Positions 25,736 to 39,110 of a stretch of DNA of 64,000 nt are shown here, one piece after another. Location of the stretch: positions 50,408,001 to 50,472,000 of the forward strand of contig CM052817.1 in assembly GCA_028534125.1 (NCBI GenBank), written 5' to 3'. The notes under the pieces were generated by a model, which worked only from the letters and a program-made list of their open reading frames with translations, was not told the DNA's origin and searched no databases. The first letter of the stretch is position 1. Each line of letters starts with the position of its first letter. Position numbers and translations under genes: made by a program. This DNA is from Lama glama (Eukaryota).

Positions 25736-28700
25736 TTCACAAATTCAGTTCCAATAGAACATGTTGTGCTAATAACAAAAAAGCTGACAAATATAATTAA
25801 TTTAGGGCTTGTTCTTACTTTTTTGACTGTCTGAATCATAAAAGAAAAAAAAGTGTCAAGCTATTTTATTAATGTAAACAAATATTTTACTGAAAAATGC
25901 CAAAGTTTAGTTCATCTCCAATTTGAAAGAGTATTTATACAAAATTAATTGGTCTTTGGGAGAAAACTTGACTATACTGAAAATGAGTTTGACTAGGCTG
26001 AATGTGTGACTTGTACTGACATTTCTGAGATGTTCAGATTCTTGAATGTGAACTATAAAATGAGCCTTCTAAGGGTATGAGACTAACAAATTTGAGCCAA
26101 CTAGTTTGTTTGCAAAGAAGTCTATGGATTAAAAAGAAATTTGGATAGCTCTAATGCCAACTGAATTAAGCTGTCATTGTCTTAAATCTGAAACTCTGAA
26201 GCATCCTATAATAAGGAATTTTGCAGTACCACTTGAGCTTGCCCAAGTAATCTTATGAAAATGTAAATTAAAATACACAGTGTCTTTGGAGACCTCTGTG
26301 GAATCAGATATGACATAGTGCTCCATTAGAAATGACTGTCTGTGTAGAATATACACTCAGTAAAAATGGGTAGAATCCAGAGCTGGTGATGGCACTGGTA
26401 ATTGTAGGCAGGCCCATCAAACTTTGCTTCCATCTTTTAAAGCATTATACACAAGTACTATTGGATGTGGAAGGATGAAGATATCTTCTTTATGTCTTTG
26501 GAAGGTGTTCTGTTCCCTTTATTTGGCCTTTCTCTTCCTATGTCAGGTGGAAACTGTCTATGGAGGCTTCCTGGTGTCTTCCAGGAGGTGAAGAGCATGC
26601 ATGATCCTGGGCTCTGCTTCTTTAAGGCTCTTCACTTGGGGTCTCTACTGTGATCAGAGAGGAAAGATAAAAGTGATTGAAGACTTCATTTATTTGTAAT
26701 TTTTAAAAAAATGGTAAGTGAGAGTTTCCTGTTGTTGAAGTGGCATTTGGGTTTATAATTTTTCTAAGTAAACCAACTTGTTTTTACATGCTATTGCCTA
26801 ATATTATACTCCATTCTGCAAATTTGGCTTCCTGCAATGAATGTCAGATTGAAGAAAATTTATAAGTATTATTAGAAGAATACTAGCATAATATAATTTC
26901 ATCTGAAGATTAGACTTACATCAGAAATCCTAATTAGAGCATTTTAATGAGAATCCAGTGAGTATCATTTAGTAGACTTAGTAATATTTTTCATGTTATG
27001 AAAAGGTATACAAATATCATTTTACTTTCTTTGTGCCCAGGAGACCTCAGATAATACATATGTCAACAACAAGGATCTTCAGATGGCAGTATTTAAAACT
27101 AAGAGAACTTAAATGATTCCTCTGTGATCAGATGTAACTTATATCACCATTAGTAGGTTTTACTTGCATCGAAAATAGAATATATACATTTTAAAAGCTC
27201 TTCAACATTTAGTTTGATCCTTACAAAAGCATTTTCTTCCATTTCACTTTAGGACTACTATGAATCATCACACAGAGTCTGTCTCTTAACAAACTAAAAA
27301 TAGAAAAGAAAAGAATTTCAAGTAGGACAAATATTTAAAACATATGCCACTTGCATATACCTTTTTTTTCTGCCTCTCAGTAAAATTTTCTCTGATTTTA
27401 TAGCTAAGTACATGATGGCTGTCAGTCAATCTTTACTGATCCTGTGCTGATGCAGTTTATTCTGAAGTTGGTGGTATTCGTTATTGTCAATCTGAATTCA
27501 TAGCAATTATTCACCAGCATATTATATTACAGCCTGGGCATCATGGTCACCTCATGGATTATCAAATCAGAATATTTAGATGAAAAGAGTAGTCAAGGAA
27601 GTGCAATCATTACTAATGTCATTCAATTTGGGAATAAATATCCTTTATATGGTTCAAGGGACTCTCAGGCCAAAGCCTTTTTTGAAAGTGCTATTGTTTA
27701 TTTTTCTCTGGGGCACAAAATCAATGTGCTGTTTCTCCATTTCAGAACTGCTACATTAAAATGTCATGACATATGTGTTTTAAATGTAAAATCTATAAAA
27801 AGGAAAAAAATCCACTTAATATCGATGGTATTTTACTTTCACCCTTTCTTTATGGTACAAAAAGTTGTCCTTCTTCTTTTATTCATGACCAAGTTTATAT
27901 GTCATTTATTTACAGATGTGTACGGAGAGAGCCCTGCTTTCTACTTGGGGGAAGCAGGGAGGGTGATCCTTTAAGCAATCTTGTTTCCTGGTTTGGAAAG
28001 TTGATTTTTCTTCCTTTACCTCCTGTGAGAGACTACTTGATTTTATGCTTGATCATTTGCTTTTACAGCCTTCCAGATGTTTGTGGCCCTCTCTATACAT
28101 ATAAAGAGTTTATATGATACATATTATATCATATACTCATATAATTTATATTCATGTTCTCTACAAACATCTATAAATAATAAATTATGAATATATATAA
28201 TTGGGAAGGATGTGAAGGCTTGTAAAAAAAAAAAACAGGGATTTTTACCCGGATTATGATTAATTTGAAAGTATCTTGAGAGAAGGGTAGAAGCTCATTT
28301 TAATCTTTATTTTATAGGTTCTACAATGTCTAAAATGTAGTAATATTCTTATATTGAAGACAATCATTCAAAGTACTTGGGAGAAACCATCAGTTACTAA
28401 TGAATAGTAACCTATTTTTGAAATGATCAGACTTAGAAATGTTGATACTGTTAAATGAAAGACTCAAAAACAGATATAAGGTATCTAAATAGCCAGACTG
28501 ATATTAATATTTAATTTGTTTCTTTTTCAACTGGTGCCAGTCAGATGAAATGAGGCGATTTGAATAATATTTGTCCTTGCCCAGAAGCATGTCACCCTCA
28601 TTGTTCACAGGCAGTCTGTAGCTTCAGTGTCTTTTATATCTTTTCTATATTTCCTTTGGTTTTGGGAGGCAGAGTTCTAGTTTAATTTCCTTGGCTTTAG

Positions 28701-29439
28701 CTCTTTCACTTAAGAGCATGTGATGGATTACTGGAATGACATCATAAAAGAAGATTTAAATAATTAAATCTGGGCTAGAGCAAGTCCAATGTCTGGAGGT
28801 AGATTTTGGTTAACAAAACTTTCCAGGCTTCTGGGTCTGTAAATGTACACTTGTAGGTTTAACTAAAAGCTCTTTAACTTGAAACTTCAATTCTTAGTCT
28901 GAGCTGTTCTTATGACCTCATCTTCTGGAGTTCCATGACTGTATTTACAAATATAATGTACAACTTGAGGGTTCAGAATTATACTTTGTTGCCAACATTA
29001 CTTTAATGTATTTACTGAGTCCTGGGAAGAATTGGATACAGACGAGTTCTAGAATAAGTGAACCTGAGATTGGCCTTGGCAGTAGTGTCTACTGTCACAG
29101 TTTTGTTCAGTAGATCCGTAAGTTGACCAAGGATAGTTGTCTACAAAGAGGTCATCTAGACTTTCTCTTGTCCGGCTTAGGGAGATCAGTCCTGTCTTAA
29201 TGACTTAGAAGGACAATATACAGTGATCCTGTACCACCCATTCACTTATTTGCTTAACATTCTAGAGATGTATGTAAATTTCCCATTTTGTTTTTAGACC
29301 AGTAAGTCCCTTAAAAGTGTTAAATATCCAGTCAGTGTCTCTAATATAGTGAATAGGGCTAAACTTGAAGCATTTGTTAGTAGGGTACTGAGACAGATAA
29401 TCAGTTTAAATGAAGTCAGTGGCAGACTGCTAGGGGCTG

Positions 29440-29850
29440 GGTAAAAGCGGGGAGAAATGAGTTTTAAGATGAGCTCAACATGGAAAGCTCAAAAGCTATC
29501 CCAGGATAGGTTGAAAAAACAGAGAAGATTAAAAAATATCTGTAGGTGAGGGTGGGTTTCTCTAAGCACTGAAATACAAAATAGAATTGTATAGGAAATA
29601 GAAAAAAAGGGAGATTGAAAGGAATAGATATAAGCTAGTCTTCAAGGAATGCAGGCACACAATAAGAGAGGCAAGAAAGCAAAATGAAATAATGTAGCTG
29701 GGGGACTCAAAGGAAATAAGAAAAGTTTCTATAAATACATCCAAGAGAAAGAACAAAACAGAGAGAAAAACACTGTAATATTGAGCAGGCAAAGACTCCA
29801 GAAATGACCATAAGCCTATCACGTCTTTTATTCTTCTCAGCTGTCAGTAA
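29440..29850 (+). mobile_element. CR1-clade (L3/CR1_Mam-like) LINE ORF2 fossil
   Basis: Manual translation from 29569 gives LKYKIELYRK*KKREIERNRYKLVFKECRHTIREARKQNEI, then after a frameshift LKGNKKSFYKYIQEK. This matches the CR1 ORF2 linker motifs Y.KWK...CR..IR.AK and K.NKK.FYKYI. Confidence 0.75.
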
Positions 29851-30336
29851 AATCTGGATTAAAAACATGAATGAAAAAGGAAATAGAGTTTTTTTTTGAA
29901 TGTCTATGAAAATTGAGGAAGCTATTAATGACAATAATAGACAAAGCTATTGTTGGGGAAAAATAGCAATGGTAAAATAAAATTTAATGATGTACCCCTG
30001 AAGGTTAAAACTGAATGCTTCTGAACATTTTGAAAGAATTGGATAGAGTATTATAATCTTTAAAAGCTTCCAGTAAAATATTTAAAAAAAAGAAAAAGGT
30101 AATACAGTTTTACCTAAATCCCCTCTCTAGGAACAGTCAAAATGAAATCAGGGAATATGTGCATGATCAATTAAAATTTTCTTCCCAGAATTTATGATGC
30201 ACTTGGAGCCATCAGTTAAGTATGTTTTGCAACACAGTTAAAATTTTATGTTTTGTTGCATCCCAAGGATTTTTAGGAATTCTTCAGATTCAGGATATTT
30301 GGGGGGTAAGGATGTCAAAATTAATTTTGTAAACTT

Positions 30337-30355
30337 TGTGTGTGTGTGTGTGTGT
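30337..30355. repeat. (TG)9 microsatellite
   Basis: Direct reading of the sequence. Confidence 0.9.
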
Positions 30356-31672
30356 AGAGGTGAAGTTTGTAAGTTCAAATAGTGTGGTTGAGTAATATAT
30401 ATACACCATCAGATGTACTGAAAATTAAACAAAAAGAAAATATCTCTAGCATTATGATCTAGCATTACATTTGAGTTTAATGTATTTCCCTTTTTGTACT
30501 GTCTCACTTCTGAAGGTGTTCATTTGCTTTCATGGTTCACACAGGGAAGACTTCCCTGCATGTGAGCCCTCTACAACTACTTGGATATGTTTCACACCAT
30601 CCCGAAGGAAGTCCATCATGTCTACTCTAGATTTTATTCTTTTCCTCTTAAGGTCAGCTTTTTCTTCCTGTGGTTATATGGTTAAGTCTATAGAATGTAG
30701 GATAAGCATTTCTAAGGGCCTTAAAAATACCTGGGATATGCTGTCAATTTCTTAGCACTACAGGGGCTAATTGGTAATGGTATATTAATACACTGAATCT
30801 GTTGGCTTCTCTGCTATCTGGAGATACCTGTTCCATTACTAGTAACAGAAAAAAGCTAAGGCCAACACAGATGGGGTTAATAATTATATCAGAAATAAAT
30901 CTAGTTGCAACACAGGTAGCTTAAAACCAGATAATTTAGAAATAGTTTAGATAATTACTAATTAGGTCTACTGACAGCAGAATTTGAATTATTCATGAAA
31001 ATCTGAAAGCAGAGGATAATTCATTCCTCAGTACCTCTAAGACTAATTGCAAAGTTGTTTATTATATTTTTCACTGGGTGATGTGCTGATATTTATTTCA
31101 TGCTTTATTTTTGACAATTTTATTTTAGAATATCTTCAAGTGACAAATTAAAAGGTTGTTAAGAATTATTTTACTGCCTCAAAAATTAGCTCTAAATTCT
31201 AAATAAAAATCTTTTAGTTGATTATTAAGATAAACTCTATGACCTTTTTGAATTTCCTTTTCAAAATATTAGGGAAATTTTCCTTTGGCAAGCACTTTCT
31301 CTTCTAAATTATTTTATAATATTAATTGTACTGTTTAAAATATTGCTATTAGTTTATTTGATAGTCCTTCTTAGATTCATTTTCGTGTTTTGCAGATAGA
31401 AGGATATTCAATATTAGCTTTCAGAATGATGTCTTATATCCATAGGTTATATGTTTTTATTTCATTTTTAACCATAACTTGCTTGAGTAAGTCTTCAGGA
31501 CTAGAAAGAAGCAATTGTAATGATTCTGAGTTTTCAGATAGACCCAATCAAACATATATTGATTTAATCACTTGGCTTTTTTTTTTTGAGCATCTAATAT
31601 GTGGCACTAACACTTTGGAAAGCAATGGAAATGCATAATATCTCCTTTTACAACTCAAAATCTAGTGGGGAT

Positions 31673-32472
31673 GTGTAGTAGAGATGGTAGCTAGGACCTG
31701 TTCATTCAAAATTTTTGTGTTTTCACTCTGTAGCGTGAAGGAGTCTCTGGGAGGACTAGGTTTTGCCCAGTGGAACATGAACAGAGGTGATGTTTATTCG
31801 TTTCTGGTTGGGATATGTGAGAAGTGTAGTCCCGTTTTCCTCATCTGCTCACTGATCCCTAGGATGGCAGGGCCATAAAAGAAAGGAACCTAGATCCCCA
31901 GATCACCACAGGGAAGAAAGCCACCAACTACCAGAAAAACTATACTTGAACTGGGAACCGTCCTGTCACGGCAGCCACCCCACTGAGGACCATGATGACA
32001 GTACTGCCACAAAAAAAACTCCCCCCCAACCTCCACTTGTTAAAGAAATTGTGAGACATGAGAACCCTTCAGGTTTAACACTAAACAATAATTTCTCTTT
32101 TGTAATGCTCACAAACTATGCACTTTCTCCCTCTTGCCAACCAAAGGGTACCACATATATCTAGAGACCAGTTAAAGATTCTTCCCCACTTCGGAAGATA
32201 CCATTTTAATAGAATCCTTGCCAATCAGTAATGCTCTCAGTATCCTTTATACTCAAACTTTCTTTCCTTTCTGACACCTTTGGTCCTCTGATGAAATGAA
32301 AGTGACAGCAGATGGGTTCTCTTGTCAAGTTTATGAATAAACAGCCACTGTTAATTTTGTCTCAGACTTTGTTTTGTCTTAGATAGAACTTCTATGAGTG
32401 AGAGATAAACCTTTACTGTGTTAAAATTTGGGGCTGGTTTGTCTCAGCAACTAGCATTACCTTCCTGATACC
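31673..32472 (+). mobile_element. MLT1J-like MaLR LTR, split by a nested LTR at 31952-32385
   Basis: 'ttgcccagtggaacatgaacagaggtgatg...aaggaacctagatccccagatcaccac', resuming as 'gagtgagagataaacctttactgtgttaa...ttggggctggtttgt'. Confidence 0.7.
31952..32385 (+). mobile_element. ERV1-type solo LTR (family not assigned), 434 bp, with GAAC TSD
   Basis: Starts with TG and ends in TA (decayed CA). GAAC lies at 31948-31951 and 32386-32389. CCAAT lies at ~32221 and AATAAA at ~32336. Confidence 0.7.
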
Positions 32473-32479
32473 AAAGGGT

Positions 32480-34660
32480 GGACAAATAAATCATAATTTT
32501 AATATTGTGTTGATCTGAGTACGAAAGACCTATGAGAGGAAGGAGAATGAGGCTGTGGAAACACATTGGAGTGCCCTGTAATATAGTTTTGGGTATTGTG
32601 GACAGGTAGCAATCAGAAGAGGAAACTTGCAGGAAGCAAGATTTTAATCAGGGTGCAAAAGACAAATAAGACTTAGCCAGGTCAAGAGGAAATGATGGGA
32701 GAAAACATTAAAGAGAGTGGAAGCAACAGTGTAAAGGTACAGAGATAAAAGGAAGTGTTACCAAACACAAGTTCCTGTGCTGGACACACAGTGAGGCCAA
32801 CCAAACCAAAACATAGGAGTTTGGAGCCGAGAAAGGTTTATTATTGCAGGGTCAAGCATGAAGGACATGTGGCTCATGCCCCTAGAATGCCCATACTCCC
32901 CAAAGGGTTTCAGCCTAATATTTTTAAAGGGAGGGTGAAGGAGGTGTGTCCCAGGATAAGTGATTAGCTCATGCATAGTTCTCTGATTGGTTGATGTTGA
33001 GGTAACAGGGAAGTTACCATGATCAATCCTAGGCACCAGAAGGTCTAGGGGCTACATGCTCATGCTCACTGAGTAGTTAATTCCTTCCATTTGGTGGTGA
33101 TTTTTAGCATCTGAAAAGCTCAGGACATATTCATGAGATACTATTATCAGAGATGAGCTACAACAAAGGATATGGGGGAGAGGTCTGTCCCAGGAAGGCC
33201 CCATAGGTATTGCTTGGTTACAGAAACAGTGGGTATGTGCTCAACAGCAGTGTAGGTGGAACATAAGAAAGAGTCAGTAATGGGCTTTTTATATTATGCT
33301 ATCTTGAAATTTTCAGTTGTCACTCTCATAACCAGAATGGCTTGATTAGGAGTTTGGGCATACGACAGGCAAGGAGACCAATTAGAAGTCTGTGGTAAGA
33401 ATCCAGGTGAGAAATAGTGAGAGCCTGACTGTAGCCACTTCAACAGGGATACAGACAAATGACCTCAGTTAGGAGCTATTGTGGAGGTATAACTGGAAAC
33501 ACAGGATGCCTGTAGGTCAAGCAGGACTAAAGGAGAGGGTGGCAGCACAAATTAGGAATTAGTACATATAAACTAAAGGCACAGGCAGACCTGGGAGAGG
33601 AGAGAAGGTGCATTGTTTAGTTTCCAGTGTCTTCATGGGGAAGCATCAGTGACCCTCTGAGACATCTGTTTGGAACACAAGAGAGGTCGGAGTTGGAGAC
33701 ATACATTTTAAAGTTGTTTTGGAACATGTAGTAACTGAAGTCATGGAAGCAAAACTACACAGGAAAAGGGCAAGAAAGTGAAGCAGTCAGAAGACTTCCG
33801 GGACCTGTTAAGAAAGGTCTCTGTATTAGGATGGGAAGGATGGCACAAAGATGAAGGAGAAGAAGCACTGAAGAATCATATCACCGAAATTGTGGGAGAA
33901 GCACATATAAAAAGTAAGAAGTTTTTAATTTGTAGCGAAGTAGGTCAAAACTGAAGAGTTTTAATGGAATACTAAAAATAATTCAACAAATATTTGGTGA
34001 GCATCTGTTGGATTCAGGTATAGCTCTGCACCTTGGGATACAGCCAGGAACAAGCAAAGTCTCTGCTCTCCTGGGTGTTAACATTGTGTGGGGAGCCAGA
34101 CTCAACCAAGTAACCTAATCATAATTGGGGGGGATGGATGGTACTTTGAGGAACGTTAAAACAGGATAAAGGAACAGAGTGAGTGGCATGAGGAAAGCCT
34201 CTGTGAGGAGGTTATTTCAAACAGAGGCCTGAATGAGGTGAAATAAGAGAACTAATGGGAGGGCCTGAGATCATTGCACCTTTGCCAAGAATAGTTTTTC
34301 TGGAAGGTTGGAAGCAAAGTCACAGTGCCGGCAATTCAGGACTAAATGGGAAGTGAGCATTAGTTTTTAAAGACACTTGCCTGAGAAGGATAGAGAAACA
34401 CTAGACAGTAGGTAGGGGGAGGCTTAGAGAAGATTTAACTTAGTTTTATTTTAGAAATAAAGTCAGTGAGCTGAATACCTTAAAATGCTTGGGGGAAATG
34501 AGTAGGAGAGAGAGAGAGAGGGATCAATAGCGCATGGTTGATGGAAAATGCTGATAATTTTGTTGGTGGCAAATAGGAAGCTGAACCTCCAGCTACATTT
34601 TTCTCCCTGGAGAAGAAAAGAAAACGAAGATTAAATATCAGATGACTTGAAGAATCACCC
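32480..34660 (-). mobile_element. LINE-2 fragments, antisense (several pieces; interrupted by the LTR at 32756-33222)
   Basis: Purine-rich antisense L2 motifs 'gcaaggagaccaattagaag...atccaggtgagaaatagtgagagcctga' and the tail 'attcaacaaatatttggtgagcatctg'. Confidence 0.7.
32756..33222 (-). mobile_element. ERV1-type solo LTR, 467 bp, relatively young
   Basis: TGTTACCA...TGGTTACA near-inverted termini. The flanks are GAAG and GAAA (3 of 4 match). AATAAA is on the minus strand at ~32836 and CCAAT at ~32986. Confidence 0.85.
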
Positions 34661-35409
34661 AAGGAAGCAAAAGGATGATTCATATGTTTTATAAGCTTAA
34701 TATCAACATTTCTCTTTAATTACCTTGATTCCCTTAAGTCTTTCAGACCTTTCTACAATGGTTTTTCTAATCCTGCCTCAATAGCAAAGGTTGCTTCTTT
34801 GAATATCTATGATCGTCTTATTGGAGCCACACAAAGCAGCTCGTTTTGCTGTGGTTTGGAACATGCACGTTATCGGGAGAGTAGTGTTTTGGTAAAAATT
34901 TTAAAAGATGAACAAAAATCAGGAGTCATAAGTATTTTCTAACTTTGGTATGAAGTGAAGTTATAGAGTTAAGGATATTTTTTCTTTATAGTATAGTCAT
35001 AAAAATAATTTTCTCTGACACATTTGTAGACAATTTTTTGAAACTTCAATACCTTAATGTCTTCTTTATGTTTCTCATTCATCCTTCTTAACATTTTAAA
35101 GATTTCTTCCCCATTCCATTCAAAGTAGCTTTGTCTCTTCATGCTGTCTATGATAGCCATGTTTTACTGAGATTTCTGATAGTTCCCTTCCATATTTTTG
35201 TTCCATTCTATTCCCCCGTAAGCTTCAAAATCTACATGCTTCAGTAATGTTTTGGGCCAATAGTATTTCTCTCCTTCTTAAGATTGTATGGTTGGTTGTG
35301 TTTATGTGTAACAAGTATTTTGGCCTTTAATTGTATTTTGTCTTATTTCATGTGTAAAGTTTGTCTTCCCTATAAGATGTCAAGAAACTTGAAGATGTCC
35401 CTTTCTTTT

Positions 35410-35768
35410 TACCTGGTGACATAACCTACTGCTTCCTTTGCAAACCATTCCTGCTCCAGTTGATGGCCTTTCAATCACGTGACCCCAAGCATGAATCTTC
35501 AGAACCAACAATTGCAGATTGTGTCCTCATGTCACATCTCTCTGCCTCCTTTTACATTGCTATATTTATCTCTGAATGTAATTGGGAAAGGTTTTCTGAT
35601 TTTAAGAATGTATGTGATTAAATTGGGCCCACCTGGATAATCTCCCATCTAAGGTCCTAACTTAAAATGTATCTGTGAAGTCCTTTCTGCCATGTCAGGT
35701 AATACAGTCACAGGTCCTAAGGACTACGGTATGAATATCTTTGTGAATGATTGTTCTGCCTGCCACAC
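35410..35768 (-). mobile_element. MLT1D/E-like MaLR LTR fragment
   Basis: 'gattaaattgggcccacctggataatctcccatctaaggtcc...ttctgcctgccaca'. Confidence 0.8.
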
Positions 35769-35799
35769 TATTGGGTAGGAAAGTTTATCCAAGAGACAG

Positions 35800-36500
35800 A
35801 GATTGATCATTCATTTATTCAGTAAGTATTTATTGAGCATTTACTATATGACAAGCACTGATGTAGGAACTTGGCCTACATTGTTGAACAAAACAGACAA
35901 AATATCCCCAATTTTGTTGAATATTCCTTCTAGTGTTGTGTGTTGAAGACAAGATCATATCTTCCTTCAAGCTAATAGCAACCTTGGGCTTTCCAGTTTT
36001 GTGTTGATAAATTCTCAAGTTTGTTTAAATGGTTTTAGGTTGGGTTTTATCGCTTGGATTTAAAAGGGTTCTGCCTAATACAGGCAGTAATAGACTTAAA
36101 AAATATCTGTGGTGTGTAACACAGTACCCCTCCTTCATTAGTAATTGTACCTAGTGAACTTTAAGAATATCATCAATTTCCAAATTCAGAAAGGTACCCA
36201 ATCATTTATCCTTTGTTCATTCAAAAAACTATTTACTGAATAACCCCTGAGGCCGGGATGAAATTGGTGCACAGTTGACTAATTCCTTTCTCCACAGAGC
36301 TTACAGTGTGTCAGATGACAGATATTAAACTAATGAATACATAAATATATTTGTATAGATATAAAATTTCAAATCATGATGTCACCATGATGAAAGTGTC
36401 ATAAATGAAGAGAATAACATGTCACAGAATGCCAAAAGAGAGATTAGCATAGACTGGCTGATAGAGTGAGAGCAGATTGAGGAACACTTAAACCTGGTTT
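35800..36500 (-). mobile_element. LINE-2 3' ends, antisense (~35800-35945 and ~36200-36500), with an MLT 3' fragment between them
   Basis: 'tcattcatttattcagtaagtatttattgagcatttactat' and 'ttcattcaaaaaactatttactgaataacc'. Confidence 0.7.
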
Positions 36501-38879
36501 AGTGAACTTGACAGATGATTTTCACATGCAGATGAAATGTCAACTTCAGATGTGTTTCATGGGCAAGGTTTGAGGATTTCCAAACCAGCATCAACAATAA
36601 AGTCAGATTTAGTCCCCATCATTCTGTGGGGTTCATCTTTCAAAACCTAAAACTGACTAAGACATCAGCTCTCATATTAAAGATAGATTCATATGCTTCA
36701 CAAAATGTGATTCAAAAGCAGTTTTTGTTTGATGTCAAGTTGCTTTACCCTTTTACTGACTTTTAGAATTCTATATGCAAGTATTTCTATCCCAGACATA
36801 GACACATAACTTGTAAAACAATGTTAATAAAAAATCTGAAAGGATCAAAGCAAAAATATCTATGGATAGCATTCTCAGTGACTGAATGAAGTTGAGCAAC
36901 TTCATAAATAATCAAAATACTGTGGCAGAACTAACACTGGCTTAAGAAGTCAGGAAGCCCAAATTCTAATCCCTCCTCTGCCCATGACTCACTCCACTTA
37001 TCTGGGTTCCAGCATCTCATCTATAGGGTTAACTTTCTTTCTTTCTAAATTTTCTTGCAGCTTAAATATTCTTTATACCACTTAATTCACAAAAATATTC
37101 AAACATATTAAGAGAGAAATTCTTTTAAGGTTGAGTGAATATTTGATGTTTGGCAAAGGACAGTGATAACATTGTAATATAACTGAGTCAAAGTTATTTA
37201 ATAGTAAACACTATGCTGGCTGGTTTCTTTCATTATCTTGTGGATTGAGCCAGGGAGGATCCTGGTAGCCCTGGAATATCAAGAAATTTACATTCCAGGA
37301 CCTTTAAAACAAAGAGCCTTCTTTATCTCAAGTGCCTTGCACTTGGCCACAGTGGAGGGTTTATAAGGTCACTCAGAAGTTCTGGAGCCAAACTGAAACT
37401 GGAATTCTCTTAGGCATTTGGTTTCTGTCATTCAAATAGCACTTCCCTTGGGCTGTTTAGCATTATTGCTTTGGTTATTTGTTTTACTTCTGTTACTTGA
37501 TAGGAAGCTCTCTTTGAGTTCAAAAATAACTGCATCCTAGATATGTATGTATGTCTTCTGAGATGCCACAGATAAATGCCTTGTATTTTATGGGCATTTG
37601 ATAAATGTTTGTTGAATATATGGATCTTAAAATGAGTTCCTTTGAAAAAAATATTAAGGTGTAAAAATTCAAGAATACTACACATCAGAAGAGAATTTTA
37701 TTTAAAACATCCTCAAAAATCTCAATATTATGTAGCAGTGGCAGAACAAAGCTTTTTAAAACATCAATACCACATCCCTACAACTGAGGTCTTAAGAGAT
37801 TCAAACCTTACTGAGAGATTAACTTAACTTTTTAAAAGTGTATAAATCTTACTGTCACGTGGTTTCTTTTCCTGCTAAAGTGACAAAATAATAATGGAGG
37901 CATAACAGTGATGACCTAAAGGAGCAGGAATTCAGATATCCTCTCTTAGGATATCCTTGTTATAACTATTTTAAATAACATTTTCCAATTACAAAGAGAG
38001 ACAGACAGGTCCCTGTACCCCTGACTTCTTCATAGAAGTGTTTGTTAGGAGGGCTACAGACTTTTTTTGAGAAATGTGCATAAAGATTTTAAAACAATCT
38101 CATCAGGGCCACTCATCAAAACCAGAATAACATGCTCTGTGTTTGGTGGCAATTGATGTTCAGGGGTGGGCAAACCAAAAAGACCCTTTGGTTTTCATTA
38201 TGATTATGTATCCAAAGTAAACATTACATTCCACTTGTAAAGGGCCTGTAAAGTCCTGTGCATGCCTGGTAAATGTTATCCAGTACTCTCTCTGTTATTC
38301 TTCTGAATTTGGGGTGCATTTCTTTTGCAAGGCAATAGCAGTATCTACTCTTACACACAGGGTCTGCCCCTTTCTCTTCAGCTATGGCATTCAGGAAGAG
38401 GGTGACTGAGGTGGAAGTGATAATAAATACGGCCAGGACAGCCTACACATGCTCTTCATGCAGGCAGAGAGCTCACTGAGCCTTTCTGCTGTTGGAGGGC
38501 ACACTTGTTCCCTGGATAGCACAAGAGGTGGCTGTTCTGTGACCTCCCCTTAGTTATCACACACATATAGAGAATTGGCTTAGAGGAAAGGTTGTGTACT
38601 CATCCCCTTTGTGAATATAAATGACTCAGGTAGACACCTACTGTTTCTCACATAAACCTCTTTTATTACTTAAGTATTTGTTTTCAACTATAGAGCTGGA
38701 CACTGGCCAAATTGTGCAGTTACCTTTAGTGAGCCGAATGTTCAAGATGCATCTCTGACCTTTTGTTCTACTAGTTAGTGGCCTAGATTTAGAGTTATCT
38801 CTGTGAGGTTCTAAGGTGCATGGCCGAGGTTCTCCCATGGCTACATCATGACTTGCTGGTTAAAGTTGGCAGCAAGGGG

Positions 38880-39110
38880 CCTAGGGATAAAAAGATGGGC
38901 CTTCATATCAGCAGAAAAGGGAATTTTAACTCCGCCATTTATTAACTTACTGTAATTTTTAAGGTTCTTAATATTTCACTGCCTTAGTTTCTTTACCTTT
39001 AAGAATACCTTTGTAGAGGTGTCATGAGGATTAAAATGAGATAGTTTAGTGTAAAATGCTTCACATAGTGCCTGGAACCCAGTGAGTACTTAATCAATAA
39101 TAGTTACTAT
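38880..39110 (+). mobile_element. MIR SINE
   Basis: 'gccttagtttctttacc...gtcatgaggattaaaatgagata...tagtgcctggaacccagtgagtacttaat'. Confidence 0.8.

Noticed and set aside
27543..27974. Longest ORF in the track (143 aa)
   Set aside because: No recognisable domain, composition typical of translated AT-rich non-coding DNA, and no supporting splice or promoter context.
38621..38629. AP-1 motifs (TGACTCA/TGAGTCA) here and at several other positions
   Set aside because: Several 7-mers are expected by chance in 64 kb, and there is no clustering or independent support.
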